From positions 1 through 64,000 of the IMG/VR virus record IMGVR_UViG_3300009506_000019: a DNA stretch of 64,000 bases; one strand, written 5' to 3'. Made by a program: the position numbers and the translations under genes. How positions within the stretch are numbered: position 1 is the stretch's first letter; each line of letters begins with the position of its first letter. The notes beneath the pieces were generated by a model, which was not told the origin of the DNA, did no database searches, and was given only the letters and a program-made list of their open reading frames with translations. Source of the stretch: a virus. This document shows, piece by piece, positions 35,378-46,238 of this stretch.

Positions 35378-37396
35378 CTACGCAGCCAGTTGATTGGCTT
35401 CATAAATTTCCAGCGTGGAAATTTCATTCTCCATGTGTGCTGTCCATCTCTCATCAAACGCCATCGTGTTCAATAGCCTGGTGTTGTGAGAGATAATCAA
35501 ACATGTTGGCACCAGCTCTACGATAGACTCAAAAGCTTCGACCAACTTGTCAGCATTAACATCGTCCAGATTCTCATCCAATTCGTCCACTGCCGTGATG
35601 TTTACACCCAAACCACGTTCAATAGACAGTTGAATCATAGCAAGGAATGTGGCCACAACTATAATCTTCTTCTGACCACCAGAATACATCTCAATTGGAA
35701 CACCAGTCTTCTTTTCTGTGTCCACGATGAAATTGAGACCAGACACTATACCTTTACCTCTAGTGGTGCTTCTAGCTGTGACAAAACGAGCAAACAACCC
35801 AGGCCCCCACAATTCATACAATCTATCGGCCAACAGCTGATTCAGCCTATCTATGGCAGCCTCATATTCTTGTATCCGAATCTTTTTCAAGTTGCGTTCT
35901 GTCCATTTGAGGTGCGATATCTCATTGGTCATAGACACAGCTTGAGTTTCAAGATGTTGAATCCCAGCTTCGATCTGCTCTACTTCATTAATCTTGCTTT
36001 GTAGGCTAGCCAAATGCATCTTGGCAATGGAGATATTGGTTGGTGCCATCTTGATTTCGTTGTTCAGATAGCTGAGTTTTTCATTCAGATGCTCAATTGC
36101 AGAACATATGTCCTGGTATTCTTTCTTTTTGGCGAGTTGTTTTTGTTTGGATTCTTCCAAATGGCGCAGCTCTTCTTCCATCTTCAATTTCGCTGCGGCT
36201 TTAGCTTCCCCTACAGCCTTCTCATGTGCAGCAACCAAACGACCATGATCTTCATATAGAGCATCGACCTTCAATCCTCCATCAGAGATGAGGTCTGTTA
36301 GGCGCTCTATTTCTTTCTTGAGATGCTCCTGGTCAACCACTTGTCCACAGTTACTACATACTCCCTCACCAACAGTCTGGTAATGATTTACTGTAGTAAG
36401 ATTATTGCGATTCTCCGCCTGAAGGGTCAGAATTTGATTGTGAATAGCACCAATCTTTTCTGGCTCCGGTGGTGGTTCAAAATTTTCATATCTTTCCCTG
36501 CTGTGCCGTTCTTCTGCAACCAGAATTTGTAATTCCTGCTCAACATCATCTATAGTAGATTGCTTCATTTGAAGCTCAGATATTTGTTGCTGAGTTGTGG
36601 CTGCAGCCTGGCATAGGCCCTTGTAATTCTCTTCTACCACTTGAACAGACCTAGCTGCCTCCTGTATGTCCTGTTCAGTAGGTAAGATAATATGATTCAA
36701 CGAGTTCTTCCTACCATTGATTTCACTATTCAAATTAGCAAGCTCTGTATCTTTGTTGGTATATGCTGCCTTGGCTATCTCCGCAGCACTGGTCCAAATA
36801 GAGACATCAGCTATCGCCTGAATGATTTTCTCTCGAGCACCACTTGTGCCCAACACCAATGCCGATTCTGCACTCTGCCCCAGACACACATAGGCAGAGA
36901 ACTGGTCATACGTCATACCGAAGATGTTATCTATAATGAACTGCTTCGCATCATCCATACTTTTGTTATCACGCGAAGCGGTGGGCCTCATATCAACCCA
37001 CTGACTCCCATCCCACATCTCAACAAAGATGTCGTCACCTGTGTATGTACCACCCAACGATAAATGTTGACTCGGACCATCCACACCTTGAGGATAAGTA
37101 GTACCTCTCCATTTGCGAATATTCATGATACGCCACGTCTTGCCTTCACGATCTACACACCACAAGACGCCAAACATACCGTTATCCCAATCGACATGGT
37201 GATTAACCACATTCAATCCGGATTTGGTAGTATCATTCTTACTGAATGCAATCTCTTTGATAGAATTGAGAATGGAAGATTTTCCACTCCCATTGCGTCC
37301 AGAAATCAAAACTCGACCTTTCTTGTCGAGCTGAACAACTGGCATCCAACCAAATGAAAACATGCCAGTAGGATTTACCGCTAAGATAGTCAGCAT
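35378..37396 (-). CDS. sbcC: SbcC/Rad50-like (gp46-type) ATPase; start may be 37438 or 37474
   Basis: GRNGSGKS, Zn hook CSNC, YSGGQ, VDELD, ISHN, coiled coils. Confidence 0.92.
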   Translation of the reverse strand: MLTILAVNPTGMFSFGWMPVVQLDKKGRVLISGRNGSGKSSILNSIKEIAFSKNDTTKSGLNVVNHHVDWDNGMFGVLWCVDREGKTWRIMNIRKWRGTTYPQGVDGPSQHLSLGGTYTGDDIFVEMWDGSQWVDMRPTASRDNKSMDDAKQFIIDNIFGMTYDQFSAYVCLGQSAESALVLGTSGAREKIIQAIADVSIWTSAAEIAKAAYTNKDTELANLNSEINGRKNSLNHIILPTEQDIQEAARSVQVVEENYKGLCQAAATTQQQISELQMKQSTIDDVEQELQILVAEERHSRERYENFEPPPEPEKIGAIHNQILTLQAENRNNLTTVNHYQTVGEGVCSNCGQVVDQEHLKKEIERLTDLISDGGLKVDALYEDHGRLVAAHEKAVGEAKAAAKLKMEEELRHLEESKQKQLAKKKEYQDICSAIEHLNEKLSYLNNEIKMAPTNISIAKMHLASLQSKINEVEQIEAGIQHLETQAVSMTNEISHLKWTERNLKKIRIQEYEAAIDRLNQLLADRLYELWGPGLFARFVTARSTTRGKGIVSGLNFIVDTEKKTGVPIEMYSGGQKKIIVVATFLAMIQLSIERGLGVNITAVDELDENLDDVNADKLVEAFESIVELVPTCLIISHNTRLLNTMAFDERWTAHMENEISTLEIYEANQLAA

Positions 37397-37498
37397 ACCA
37401 TCGATCCTGGGCCTTTTAACGTGGTGAGGAAAGGCCATAACCTCATATTGACCCCGGTGACACAGGACCACCACTGTTCCAAGCGTGACAGCTCAGAA

Positions 37499-37696
37499 CT
37501 AGAACTCCACAACGTGCAGCATCTCGGCATCCAGCACCACGAGATCCTCGCTGTCGGACTTCATCTTGAGATTTTCCTTCAACTTCTTCTTCGCCTTTGA
37601 GATGGCGATGTTGATGTTGGCTGCCACACCGTACATCGTCACTTTCTCATTCTTGTCCTTCGGATTCTCAATCACCACTTTCCACATGTACTTCAT
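37499..37696 (-). CDS. hypothetical protein
   Basis: GGGAG RBS. Confidence 0.65.
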   Translation of the reverse strand: MKYMWKVVIENPKDKNEKVTMYGVAANINIAISKAKKKLKENLKMKSDSEDLVVLDAEMLHVVEF

Positions 37697-37923
37697 TTGA
37701 ATCTCCCGTTGTTTTGCCGGATGCCCTTCTTTTGGGCGAACCAGGTAGGAACAGCCACTATTTTCCTGTCAAAAGACAGCGTTATTTTTGCAATCTTGGG
37801 AACCCACACATGCCCAAAATCTGTATTGAATAGTCTGGCGTCCGCTGTCTCTTTGATGATTCCATAGTGATACACATAGGTCACTTCGGAATTGGAAAAC
37901 TCTGACACACCAAAACTACTCAT
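37693..37923 (-). CDS. small phage protein (paralog of 56939-57133)
   Basis: ET.DA.L.......W.PK.......P.W.A.KKG motif. Confidence 0.65.
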   Translation of the reverse strand: MSSFGVSEFSNSEVTYVYHYGIIKETADARLFNTDFGHVWVPKIAKITLSFDRKIVAVPTWFAQKKGIRQNNGRFK

Positions 37924-38195
37924 AACAGATCACTCGGTTCGATGTTATTATTTATCATCAATCGGATAGCGTCTTTCACTATCTGACCAACGATCTCATC
38001 ACCAGGCCAATGAGTAACCAGTCTACTTTTTAGTCGAATCTCCTCAGGATCAACATAAGTTCGTTCGATCGTACCCAAATCAGACACTTCTGCACGGACA
38101 CGTTCATGTATGTCCGTGTGATAATTGTCACGTAATTGAGCAACAAAACTCTTTAGATTTTTGAGGTCTTTCCTCTCATCAAAAATGTCACTCAT
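37920..38195 (-). CDS. hypothetical protein
   Basis: operon packing. Confidence 0.65.
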   Translation of the reverse strand: MSDIFDERKDLKNLKSFVAQLRDNYHTDIHERVRAEVSDLGTIERTYVDPEEIRLKSRLVTHWPGDEIVGQIVKDAIRLMINNNIEPSDLL

Positions 38196-38436
38196 TTGTG
38201 AAAGTTCCTTCCTGACCAGCCTCTGGCTCTGGCTCTTCTAGCAGGTAGCCGATAGACCGAAGCGCTTTGTTGACTTCTTCCCACGCCTTCGTCAGTTGGC
38301 CAATACTCTGGCAGACACGGGGCGTCCGCTCGAACGACATCATCTGCATCTTCGTGTCGAGCAACGCTTGGCTGGCTACGGTTATCTGACCAGTCATTCT
38401 GTCCCGTTGTACTTGCGTAGGCGTCTGTCGAATCAT
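38188..38436 (-). CDS. hypothetical protein
   Basis: GGAG RBS. Confidence 0.6.
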   Translation of the reverse strand: MIRQTPTQVQRDRMTGQITVASQALLDTKMQMMSFERTPRVCQSIGQLTKAWEEVNKALRSIGYLLEEPEPEAGQEGTFTNE

Positions 38437-38502
38437 GAAATGTCAGCACTCCATTCGTTGCCGCTGTTGCTCCTGGGTAAGGTACAATAGCCGCCATGGT
38501 CA

Positions 38503-39612
38503 TCAAATAGCCCTTCTCGCTTCCCGGATAGCCCATTTCCCCATCTCTGCAAGAAGCAATGGGTCAAATTCCTTTGTGTTGATACCACTCACCCAAGCAC
38601 ACCACTTATCTTCTGGTTGCGTGGCCTCCATCATACCCGGTGCTATTTGTACCTTTTCATAGGCTCTATCAATTATGATTCTACATCTCCTAACACCGTG
38701 TTGTTGAATTGTATTCTCAATCAACTCAACATTGAGAGAGCCTGCATGCTTTCCCATAAAAGTAATTTCAACAATACCTTCATTACCATCAAGCTGTGAT
38801 TGAAGAAGCGACGTTGTTTTCATCAACGCGTCCATGTCGTTCACAGCCTCGAGCTTCTTTCGTACAAAACGTGGTGACTTGGATGGAACAAAATACATAT
38901 CGAGACGTGGCTGTTCATTGAAGTTTACACACATGTGCCAGAAGCCACGCAATTGTTCTCTGTCACCCCAATTGTGTTGAAGTGGAGCACCTACGTACCT
39001 AGATGGACAGCCCAAAAGCTCAGTCAGATCTTGCGGAGTGTGGTTGTCTCCTCCGATGATGTAATCCGCCTCCAACCTTCTGAGAAGATTAGGATGAATA
39101 CCGCTGCTAGCAGAAGAACCACGAGCAAGGGCAGAGCCAGCGACAAGACCATGGAATAGTACAACAAGAGGGCGAGGATGATCCCTATCCAAAGTAGCAA
39201 TTTCAGGATGCCTTTCATAACCCGATGGAATACAGAGGAAATGAACACCCTCAATCTCGAATTGTTGCACATTCTCTATAACCCGAATATTTCGAAGATC
39301 CGTTTTATATATAGCCGCACTGATAAAAGCGTGCCCACTTGCCGCCGATTTGGTCCATCTATCGTGATTTCCGACAAGGACAATGGTTTCAATACCGGAA
39401 TCTGACCTTCTTTTCCAAGATTCTTCGGCAGCGGCAATAACACTCCGATTTGGATTTGTTGCTCTGTACCAATCTCCAAGGAAGAAGACTTGTCGTATTT
39501 TGTTTTCGATTGCATACTGAGTCACCTGGTCTTCGATAGCAACAATGTCGGCTTCCACAATGCCATTATTGTAGTCATCATGGTGAATGTCTGAATAAGC
39601 TATGAATTGCAT
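38503..39612 (-). CDS. sbcD: SbcD/Mre11-like metallophosphoesterase nuclease
   Basis: SDIH, LGDW, VGNHD, FHG, GDNH motifs. Confidence 0.9.
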   Translation of the reverse strand: MQFIAYSDIHHDDYNNGIVEADIVAIEDQVTQYAIENKIRQVFFLGDWYRATNPNRSVIAAAEESWKRRSDSGIETIVLVGNHDRWTKSAASGHAFISAAIYKTDLRNIRVIENVQQFEIEGVHFLCIPSGYERHPEIATLDRDHPRPLVVLFHGLVAGSALARGSSASSGIHPNLLRRLEADYIIGGDNHTPQDLTELLGCPSRYVGAPLQHNWGDREQLRGFWHMCVNFNEQPRLDMYFVPSKSPRFVRKKLEAVNDMDALMKTTSLLQSQLDGNEGIVEITFMGKHAGSLNVELIENTIQQHGVRRCRIIIDRAYEKVQIAPGMMEATQPEDKWCAWVSGINTKEFDPLLLAEMGKWAIREARRAI

Positions 39613-39884
39613 CAGTGTAGTGTCTCGTTCTTGTCCCGCTCAAATCGTTCATCGGGCACATAGTGTCTGTTGTCCTCTACAATATAAATATCCACATTCC
39701 TCTTCCTATTTGCAAAAATGTAAACGATGCCGACTATGATACCAACCCAGGTAAATACACCAAATACAATGAAGAATGGAAGCCAATTACCGGTATAAAT
39801 ACAACCGGCAGTTACCCCACCAATCACAACGATAGGGTAAAAATGACGTTTAAGCTTCTGGCCCATTCTCCACAACGTCAGCAT
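39612..39884 (-). CDS. two-TM membrane protein
   Basis: two hydrophobic segments. Confidence 0.65.
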   Translation of the reverse strand: MLTLWRMGQKLKRHFYPIVVIGGVTAGCIYTGNWLPFFIVFGVFTWVGIIVGIVYIFANRKRNVDIYIVEDNRHYVPDERFERDKNETLH

Positions 39885-40206
39885 AGTAATTAATGTACCA
39901 AGCTGCCTTCCTTAAATCCTCTACCTTCTTGCCTGGGTCCTTTTTACCAGCACGTGCGATGTATTTCAACGCACTACCAAGACAAAATCCCTCGAGCCAA
40001 CCATATCCTCGAATAACCTTGATAGGCTCGAATTTGGCATGCTCACCACCGTAATGAGATGGGTGATTCACCATGTCTGGTTTGTCTTTGACTACTTCTG
40101 ACATGGGCTTTCCCGATGGCCAAATTGGATCATTGGGGCTTTTCTGTGAACAGTTGTCATGGTGCTGACTAAATCCATACCCACACTCATCACAAGTTTC
40201 GCTCAT
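39850..40206 (-). CDS. DUF3310 protein
   Basis: DMVNHPSHY, GFCLG.ALKYI.RAGKK, EDLRKAAWY. Confidence 0.9.
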   Translation of the reverse strand: MSETCDECGYGFSQHHDNCSQKSPNDPIWPSGKPMSEVVKDKPDMVNHPSHYGGEHAKFEPIKVIRGYGWLEGFCLGSALKYIARAGKKDPGKKVEDLRKAAWYINYYADVVENGPEA

Positions 40207-40823
40207 ACCCCTACCGTCCTGAAGATTTCATGTGCCTCTTCCTCTGGAACTTCGCATCCCTTTACCCGATTGAGATGGATGTGGCTGCATTCATGCATAT
40301 AGGCGGTTTGCTCAATCGGTTTACCTCCCTGACCGACTTTGATGAAATTACCTGAAGCCACCCCATATACCAACCGCATTGGATAACCAGGCGTAAGCAC
40401 CTCAAACACACCAGGAGCCACAAATAAACAAATAAGGCCATTCAATATGGTGTGTTGAGCTGGAATACTCTTGAATTTCTCATAATACATGTCCCATCGA
40501 ATGAACATCTCACCTGTTGTGTCTTCCACATCTTTCAACAGATAGAGTGTCGTTTTGTCATCAAAGAAGCATTGGATACCATGTTTAGTCGTGAACTTCC
40601 ACTTGGAAATCCACTTCCATCTCTGATAGTAGAATGCCACGAAAATGACGACACACGACACCAACACGGCAATCGATGTGACCCATCCACCTACCGGCAC
40701 CTTTTCTCCCCAGGTGTCAGCGTTTAGATGGCTTGCGATCGCTGCAGATATGGCTATTAAGCCCAGAAATAGCGCGAACCAAATTGGAAAAATGTCTTTT
40801 GCTCTGATTAAGCTCGGCTTCAC
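40203..40823 (-). CDS. membrane-anchored putative zinc metallopeptidase
   Basis: two N-terminal TMs, HECSH (HExxH) and downstream H. Confidence 0.5.
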   Translation of the reverse strand: MKPSLIRAKDIFPIWFALFLGLIAISAAIASHLNADTWGEKVPVGGWVTSIAVLVSCVVIFVAFYYQRWKWISKWKFTTKHGIQCFFDDKTTLYLLKDVEDTTGEMFIRWDMYYEKFKSIPAQHTILNGLICLFVAPGVFEVLTPGYPMRLVYGVASGNFIKVGQGGKPIEQTAYMHECSHIHLNRVKGCEVPEEEAHEIFRTVGV

Positions 40824-41040
40824 GGCTAATCTCCAAAAGTAAATGTTCTATGTTGGCAATTGCCCCATCCAGCCAACTAACTATCGAATCTGGGCAATCA
40901 TCTTCTTCATAAAAAGCCTCCAAATCTTTCTTGATGCGTTCAATCTCGTAGAGATAAAAATCAATGTTGTTCTCAAAGATTTTTACTTTGGCTCTACATG
41001 AGTCGCAGCCGAATTGGAGGCGCGTGTGCTCGCATGTCAT
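40717..41040 (-). CDS. hypothetical protein
   Basis: ATGA coupling; 3' overlap with the downstream gene. Confidence 0.5.
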   Translation of the reverse strand: MTCEHTRLQFGCDSCRAKVKIFENNIDFYLYEIERIKKDLEAFYEEDDCPDSIVSWLDGAIANIEHLLLEISREAELNQSKRHFSNLVRAISGLNSHICSDRKPSKR

Positions 41041-41354
41041 TTAATTACTTGTTCTGGCATATAGATATATACTGCAGCCTCCTCCTCACAGCACTCACAT
41101 CGATAACCGCACCGATAAATAGCGCCACGAATCAATGGTGTTTTCTTTCGATTGGTTTTGTTCACAATGGACTTGTGAATGGTAATGCACTTTTTCGGCA
41201 AATCCTTCAGCTCACTGAAGAACTTGATTGGTCTCCCCTCAAAACCAATATGTACAGACATCAACGGCTGATGTTTGAATCTTGGTAAAAACAAATCCAA
41301 CCTGGAGTTGTCTTTGTCAATGTTCGTACGTTTGGTTCTGGCTTCTACAATCAT
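41037..41354 (-). CDS. hypothetical protein
   Basis: GAGG RBS, ATGA coupling. Confidence 0.6.
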   Translation of the reverse strand: MIVEARTKRTNIDKDNSRLDLFLPRFKHQPLMSVHIGFEGRPIKFFSELKDLPKKCITIHKSIVNKTNRKKTPLIRGAIYRCGYRCECCEEEAAVYIYMPEQVIK

Positions 41355-42013
41355 ACTTCCACCTCGTAATGTTCAAATACAGGTGGTGTTGGAGGCTCTT
41401 GCCCCTTGCTCTTACGATATGCTGAAAAATCGAGGAACTGTTCCTCCACCCACTGTCTTTGTGATTGGATGAACTTCTGCAGCGTCTTGGGGAAAGTAGT
41501 ACGTGTAGCTGCCATTTTAAGCAACACATTACCACATGCCGTAGAATCGTTCATGGCACGGTGTGCACCAACCAACGGAATGCCGTACTTGTCTGCGGCG
41601 TCTGTCAGTCGCTTTCCCTTGTTGTATTTGTGCCACTTTTTGAAAAGAATCATAGGGTCTGCCATGGGTTTCAATGGAAATTCCATGCCCACGCGCTTGA
41701 ATTCTTCTTTCAACACACCACGATCGTAATCGTAGTTATAGGCGCAATGAATGTCATAAATGTTCAACGTATTCCATACCCACCATGCAATCTCAGCAAA
41801 CGTCGGTGAGTCTTCAACATCGACGTCTGTAATTTTGTGTACAGCTGATGCACCTGGGTCGATAGGAACAAGCGGTCTGACAAACGTGCCCCATTCCTGT
41901 ATTGGCTTCGCATTTTTGAATAAACTGAAGCCAATCTCAACCACATGATCACCAAGAATGGCGGTCTCGGTATCGAATACTAGCACGCTGCCTTTTAGGA
42001 AATCAGGAATCAT
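41351..42013 (-). CDS. dnaQ: DEDDh 3'-5' exonuclease (DnaQ/epsilon-like)
   Basis: FDTET, AYNYDYD, AHRAMND. Confidence 0.9.
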   Translation of the reverse strand: MIPDFLKGSVLVFDTETAILGDHVVEIGFSLFKNAKPIQEWGTFVRPLVPIDPGASAVHKITDVDVEDSPTFAEIAWWVWNTLNIYDIHCAYNYDYDRGVLKEEFKRVGMEFPLKPMADPMILFKKWHKYNKGKRLTDAADKYGIPLVGAHRAMNDSTACGNVLLKMAATRTTFPKTLQKFIQSQRQWVEEQFLDFSAYRKSKGQEPPTPPVFEHYEVEV

Positions 42014-42279
42014 TTTTCTATTGGTCTTCCCATGATGTCGGTCATAGGCACCAGACCGGGCACCTCATCGGCTGGTTTGTGCTCAGTATACGCACAATTC
42101 GGACACTCAAGAGTGACCGAATTCTCAATGTGTGATCGCACATGAAGCACACGATCTTCGTGATTGCCAGCAGCATTGCATGACGGACAAGGAATATTGG
42201 TCTTCTTTTCGAATTTGACTCGTCGTCCTTTTTCAGACACCAAGTCACCAATTATGTTCTCCGCCATCTGGATCTCCAT
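42010..42279 (-). CDS. zinc-ribbon protein
   Basis: CPSC...CPNC. Confidence 0.65.
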   Translation of the reverse strand: MEIQMAENIIGDLVSEKGRRVKFEKKTNIPCPSCNAAGNHEDRVLHVRSHIENSVTLECPNCAYTEHKPADEVPGLVPMTDIMGRPIEK

Positions 42280-42538
42280 TCAATATGAAAGTTTTTCTCT
42301 CTGCAACATTGCAAAGAGTATAGACTGCATCTTTGTATCTTTTACTATGTTCTATCTTTTGTAGAACAGAGTGAATGTCTGATGTTACGGACGCCAATCT
42401 CTTGGACATGTCTTTTGGTACGAGCTTTCCTAACTCTTTATCTTTAGTCAGGTCTTGTATGGGAAACCCTATGGAATCCAAAGCTACCACAAGTTTCCTC
42501 ATGCCGCGTATTGCGACAATTAATTCAGCGTCAGTCAT
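42245..42538 (-). CDS. hypothetical protein
   Basis: overlaps the DnaE stop. Confidence 0.6.
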   Translation of the reverse strand: MTDAELIVAIRGMRKLVVALDSIGFPIQDLTKDKELGKLVPKDMSKRLASVTSDIHSVLQKIEHSKRYKDAVYTLCNVAERKTFILNGDPDGGEHNW

Positions 42539-45500
42539 CCAATGCTTCCATAGAAATTAAATACTTAATATCATCACCAAAGTTCTTGACTGCATCATCC
42601 AGGATGTGGGGAGGAACTGTAATCCGACCACGAATAGATGCATATTTCCTGGGTCCAAGAACACTGATGTTATTTACGATACCACCTATATGATTAACAA
42701 CCTCACTCGGGTCATGGCCATTCAGGCGAAATACGCCCTGTACTGGCAATCCATTTGCTAGGTTAATGGCATTATCGACACGCAACATCACCTTATCATC
42801 TCTGAACTTGTCTGGTTTCACCACGCACTCAAACATGGCAATCTCACCAGCCACCAAGATCTTTTGCAAATCTTCACACAATGGCCACCAGACATTGGTA
42901 ACAATAAAGCCTTCACTATCACTCAAGCTGATGTTGAGGTACGGCCTGCTAGGAAATCCACGTTCTGGATTTTCCTTGGTCTGCTTCCTATAAATGTAAT
43001 CTATCATCCCAACGACCAGAACTGACTCACCGATTTCACACTCCATATTAGCAATATGAACGGGCATCACAACTCTAGTGTTGCCTCTTTCCAAGTGAGT
43101 GGACAATCTGTGATAAATAGCCGCTGGGTGTCCGGTAATAAATGAGTTCAAAGATTCTCGCTCATTTTGAGAAATCTCGAGTTCTGTGTACTCATGCCCA
43201 TTCACACCCTCGAGCTTCATAGCTATCTCGATAGGTGAAACTTTGGAGCCATCGAACTTCTTATTTTTCTTCTTGGCCCACTTGTTGATCACATCGATAT
43301 TGTCTACCTTGTCTCGATCACAGAGCATCTTATCCCATGTGAATGCTCCTGCTTTAACCAGGTTGACTTTGGCTGTCTTGTTGACGCTGGGCATGCGCTG
43401 ACAGAAGTTGATGAACGAAGTAAATGGGCCACCGCTTCCTCTTTCAACAACAATTTCTGGTGCTGATTTGCCGACATTTCTTACGGCTGCAAGCCCCATA
43501 TAAATGTTGCCATCTGTTCCAACCTCGTAATCGATGTGGGATTGATTGATGTTAGGTGGAAATACCTTACACTTGCCACCACCAATAATCGAACGCAAAA
43601 GAGTAGGAAGCCGCTTATTATTTCCGCGAAATGCGTCAAGCAACGAGGCATAATACTCGGACGGATAGTGCGCCTCCAGGTAAGCAGTCACATACGTAAT
43701 CCAACCATACCCGCACGAGTGACCACGGTTCCACATGTAACGTGCGTAACCATGAAGCTTCTTGGTCAGATCGTCCACCCAAGATTCAAGAGTGCCTGTC
43801 CAATCTGGTGGTGGCTCCAGACCTGGCATCTTCATTGCACCAACTTTGAAGTCTTCAATACAAGCGTCCACTACCTCCGGAATCTTTTTACCAATTCCTT
43901 TACGGAATTTGTCTGCCTCTACGTCACTAAAACCAGCGATGATGCGTGCCATTGCCATCGCTTGTTCCTGGAACAAGACGGTTTGATACGTGTCGTTCAG
44001 AACCCCATCTAACCAAGGATGCCAGCTAGTAGCGGCTTGCCTTCCGTGTCTACGTTCCACGTACTGGTCCGTAACTCCCGACTCCAACGGTCCGGGACGG
44101 AATAGTGCGTTGAGCGCCATGAGGTGCTCGAAATTTCGCGGGTTAAGTTGTTTACAGAGCCTGCGATAGCCTGTTGAATCGAGTTGGAAGACGGACACAT
44201 AATCTGCGCCTGCAACGAGATCAAATGTGGCTGCGTCGTCGGTTGGCAGGTTATAGACATCAAGATCAATTCCATGTCTCGCCTTTATTCTGTTGACTGC
44301 GTACTGAATAATATCGATATTGCGTAACCCCAGCATATCCAGCTTCAGAAGACCAAGAATCTCACAATCGTACATGTCGTACTGAGTACCAGACAATCCG
44401 TCTTCTTCAGGTGGAGGAATCAACGGCACCAGCTCATTTAGAGCTTCATTCGACACCACTACACCAGCAGCATGAAAGCCGAGATTTTTGGCTGTACCAG
44501 TCAGTGCCAGAGCAATGGGAAGCCACTCTGGCTTGAAATCCATCATCTTTTTGATTTCTTCTTGAACGCTCGAGTCCAAGCTGTCCCATTCTGTCACATC
44601 GTCTGGAATGGCTTTACGCAAATCCCTGTTCACTGTGTGTGGGACTTGTAATGCACGGCCTACATTCTCAATAGCTGCCCTAAGAGCCATTGTCTGGTAG
44701 GTAGCAATGTGTGCGACACGATCCTTTCCATGCACGTCTGCGATATGAGCCAAAACCTCTGGTCGTCTTTCTTGGGAGATGTCAGTATCGATATCGGGAA
44801 GGTCTTTACGTCCAGAGTGAATGAATCGCTCAAATGGGACTCTCCATCTAATGGGGTCCATTGTAATAATGTCGAGAGCATAGCACACCAAACTACCAAC
44901 AGAAGAACCACGTCCAAACGGAACCATGATTCCTTGTTTCTTCATCCAACTAACGATTTCACCAATCAACAAGAAGTAACTAGAAAATTTCTTGTCTTTC
45001 ATCACACCGAGTTCATACTGAAGACGCTCTATGTACGCTGGGTCGCTTGCCTTTCCCTTTTCGTACATTCCACGCCATGCGTCCATCTCCAGTTGTCTGT
45101 GTGTCTCATCGAAATCGGTGTATTCTTTTCCTCCACTCTTATAGGTTGGAACGATGAATTCTTTGTTGACTAGTCCGTAGTCTTCTACCCTTCGAGCTAC
45201 GGCCATCGTATTTTGAACCCAAGGCTGAGCGTGTTCGAAGAAGGAACTAAAAAATACCGGTGGTTTGAACCAATTGTCTATTCCCTCTGGAACATGAATG
45301 TCCAAAGCATGCTTTCCAATTTTGCGACCTACACTATAAGCAAATGCTTCATCTTCATTGGTATACAGTACATTACCTGTCACCAAAACTGGTGTCTGTG
45401 TCTGCTGTGATACCTGATTGACGATACTGATGACTTCTGATCGTGTCGTGTTGATCTCTATATAAGTCTCCATCCTTGGCTTCACAACATTCAGCATGTA

Positions 45501-46238
45501 GCCAGCCATGTTGAAATCACCACCAAAATCAACCATGGCAATCAGGTCTTGCGACACAGGAATATCGGCATCGGTGATAAACACACCGTCTTTGGTCTTG
45601 CGTTCACACCATGCAACGGTCGTCATTTTAACCAGTTGCTTGTAACCATTTCGATTCATAGCTATGAACGTAATGGGATAGGTAATCACGTCCACTTTTA
45701 CATCGAATTCCACTCCAAGGATGGGTTTGATTCCCTCTTTTTGACAATCTTTCACAAAAGTTGGGGAACCACACATATTGCCAAACTCTGTCTTGGCCAG
45801 AGCTGGCATTCCATATTCCTTTGCTTTTTTGATGAGATCGGATGGCTTACAGGTAGCCTTAAGCAGGCTAAGATGAGTATGCACGCGTAGATGCACAAAC
45901 GAGTTCAGATAGGGATCGGAATATGCCTCAAGTGCTTCTCTTTGGGATTCTGGACTGTGACAATGAGATAATGTTTCACCGAACGCGTCTGCGGTGATGG
46001 TGTCGTTTGATGGAATGCGTTCCCTTTCTTCGAGCACATAATTGTTACTCGGCGCATCGAGCAAACGCTCATCATGTTCATCTGCGGACCCCATATCTTC
46101 ACCCATTAATATAACACCGCAATTTTGACACATTCGTGCGTTGAAATCGCTCGACCAATGAATGGCTGGTTTTGGGCAACCACAGCTAGTCATCCATAAC
46201 CTCAGCTCATCCAGGTTATACTTCTGCCTCTGCGCCAA
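42531..46238 (-). CDS. dnaE: DNA polymerase III alpha subunit (family C)
   Basis: GRGSSVGSLV, PDIDTD, HAAGVV, KLDMLGL, RPGP, FQEQ, PNINQS, OB fold. Confidence 0.96.
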   Translation of the reverse strand: MAQRQKYNLDELRLWMTSCGCPKPAIHWSSDFNARMCQNCGVILMGEDMGSADEHDERLLDAPSNNYVLEERERIPSNDTITADAFGETLSHCHSPESQREALEAYSDPYLNSFVHLRVHTHLSLLKATCKPSDLIKKAKEYGMPALAKTEFGNMCGSPTFVKDCQKEGIKPILGVEFDVKVDVITYPITFIAMNRNGYKQLVKMTTVAWCERKTKDGVFITDADIPVSQDLIAMVDFGGDFNMAGYMLNVVKPRMETYIEINTTRSEVISIVNQVSQQTQTPVLVTGNVLYTNEDEAFAYSVGRKIGKHALDIHVPEGIDNWFKPPVFFSSFFEHAQPWVQNTMAVARRVEDYGLVNKEFIVPTYKSGGKEYTDFDETHRQLEMDAWRGMYEKGKASDPAYIERLQYELGVMKDKKFSSYFLLIGEIVSWMKKQGIMVPFGRGSSVGSLVCYALDIITMDPIRWRVPFERFIHSGRKDLPDIDTDISQERRPEVLAHIADVHGKDRVAHIATYQTMALRAAIENVGRALQVPHTVNRDLRKAIPDDVTEWDSLDSSVQEEIKKMMDFKPEWLPIALALTGTAKNLGFHAAGVVVSNEALNELVPLIPPPEEDGLSGTQYDMYDCEILGLLKLDMLGLRNIDIIQYAVNRIKARHGIDLDVYNLPTDDAATFDLVAGADYVSVFQLDSTGYRRLCKQLNPRNFEHLMALNALFRPGPLESGVTDQYVERRHGRQAATSWHPWLDGVLNDTYQTVLFQEQAMAMARIIAGFSDVEADKFRKGIGKKIPEVVDACIEDFKVGAMKMPGLEPPPDWTGTLESWVDDLTKKLHGYARYMWNRGHSCGYGWITYVTAYLEAHYPSEYYASLLDAFRGNNKRLPTLLRSIIGGGKCKVFPPNINQSHIDYEVGTDGNIYMGLAAVRNVGKSAPEIVVERGSGGPFTSFINFCQRMPSVNKTAKVNLVKAGAFTWDKMLCDRDKVDNIDVINKWAKKKNKKFDGSKVSPIEIAMKLEGVNGHEYTELEISQNERESLNSFITGHPAAIYHRLSTHLERGNTRVVMPVHIANMECEIGESVLVVGMIDYIYRKQTKENPERGFPSRPYLNISLSDSEGFIVTNVWWPLCEDLQKILVAGEIAMFECVVKPDKFRDDKVMLRVDNAINLANGLPVQGVFRLNGHDPSEVVNHIGGIVNNISVLGPRKYASIRGRITVPPHILDDAVKNFGDDIKYLISMEALDD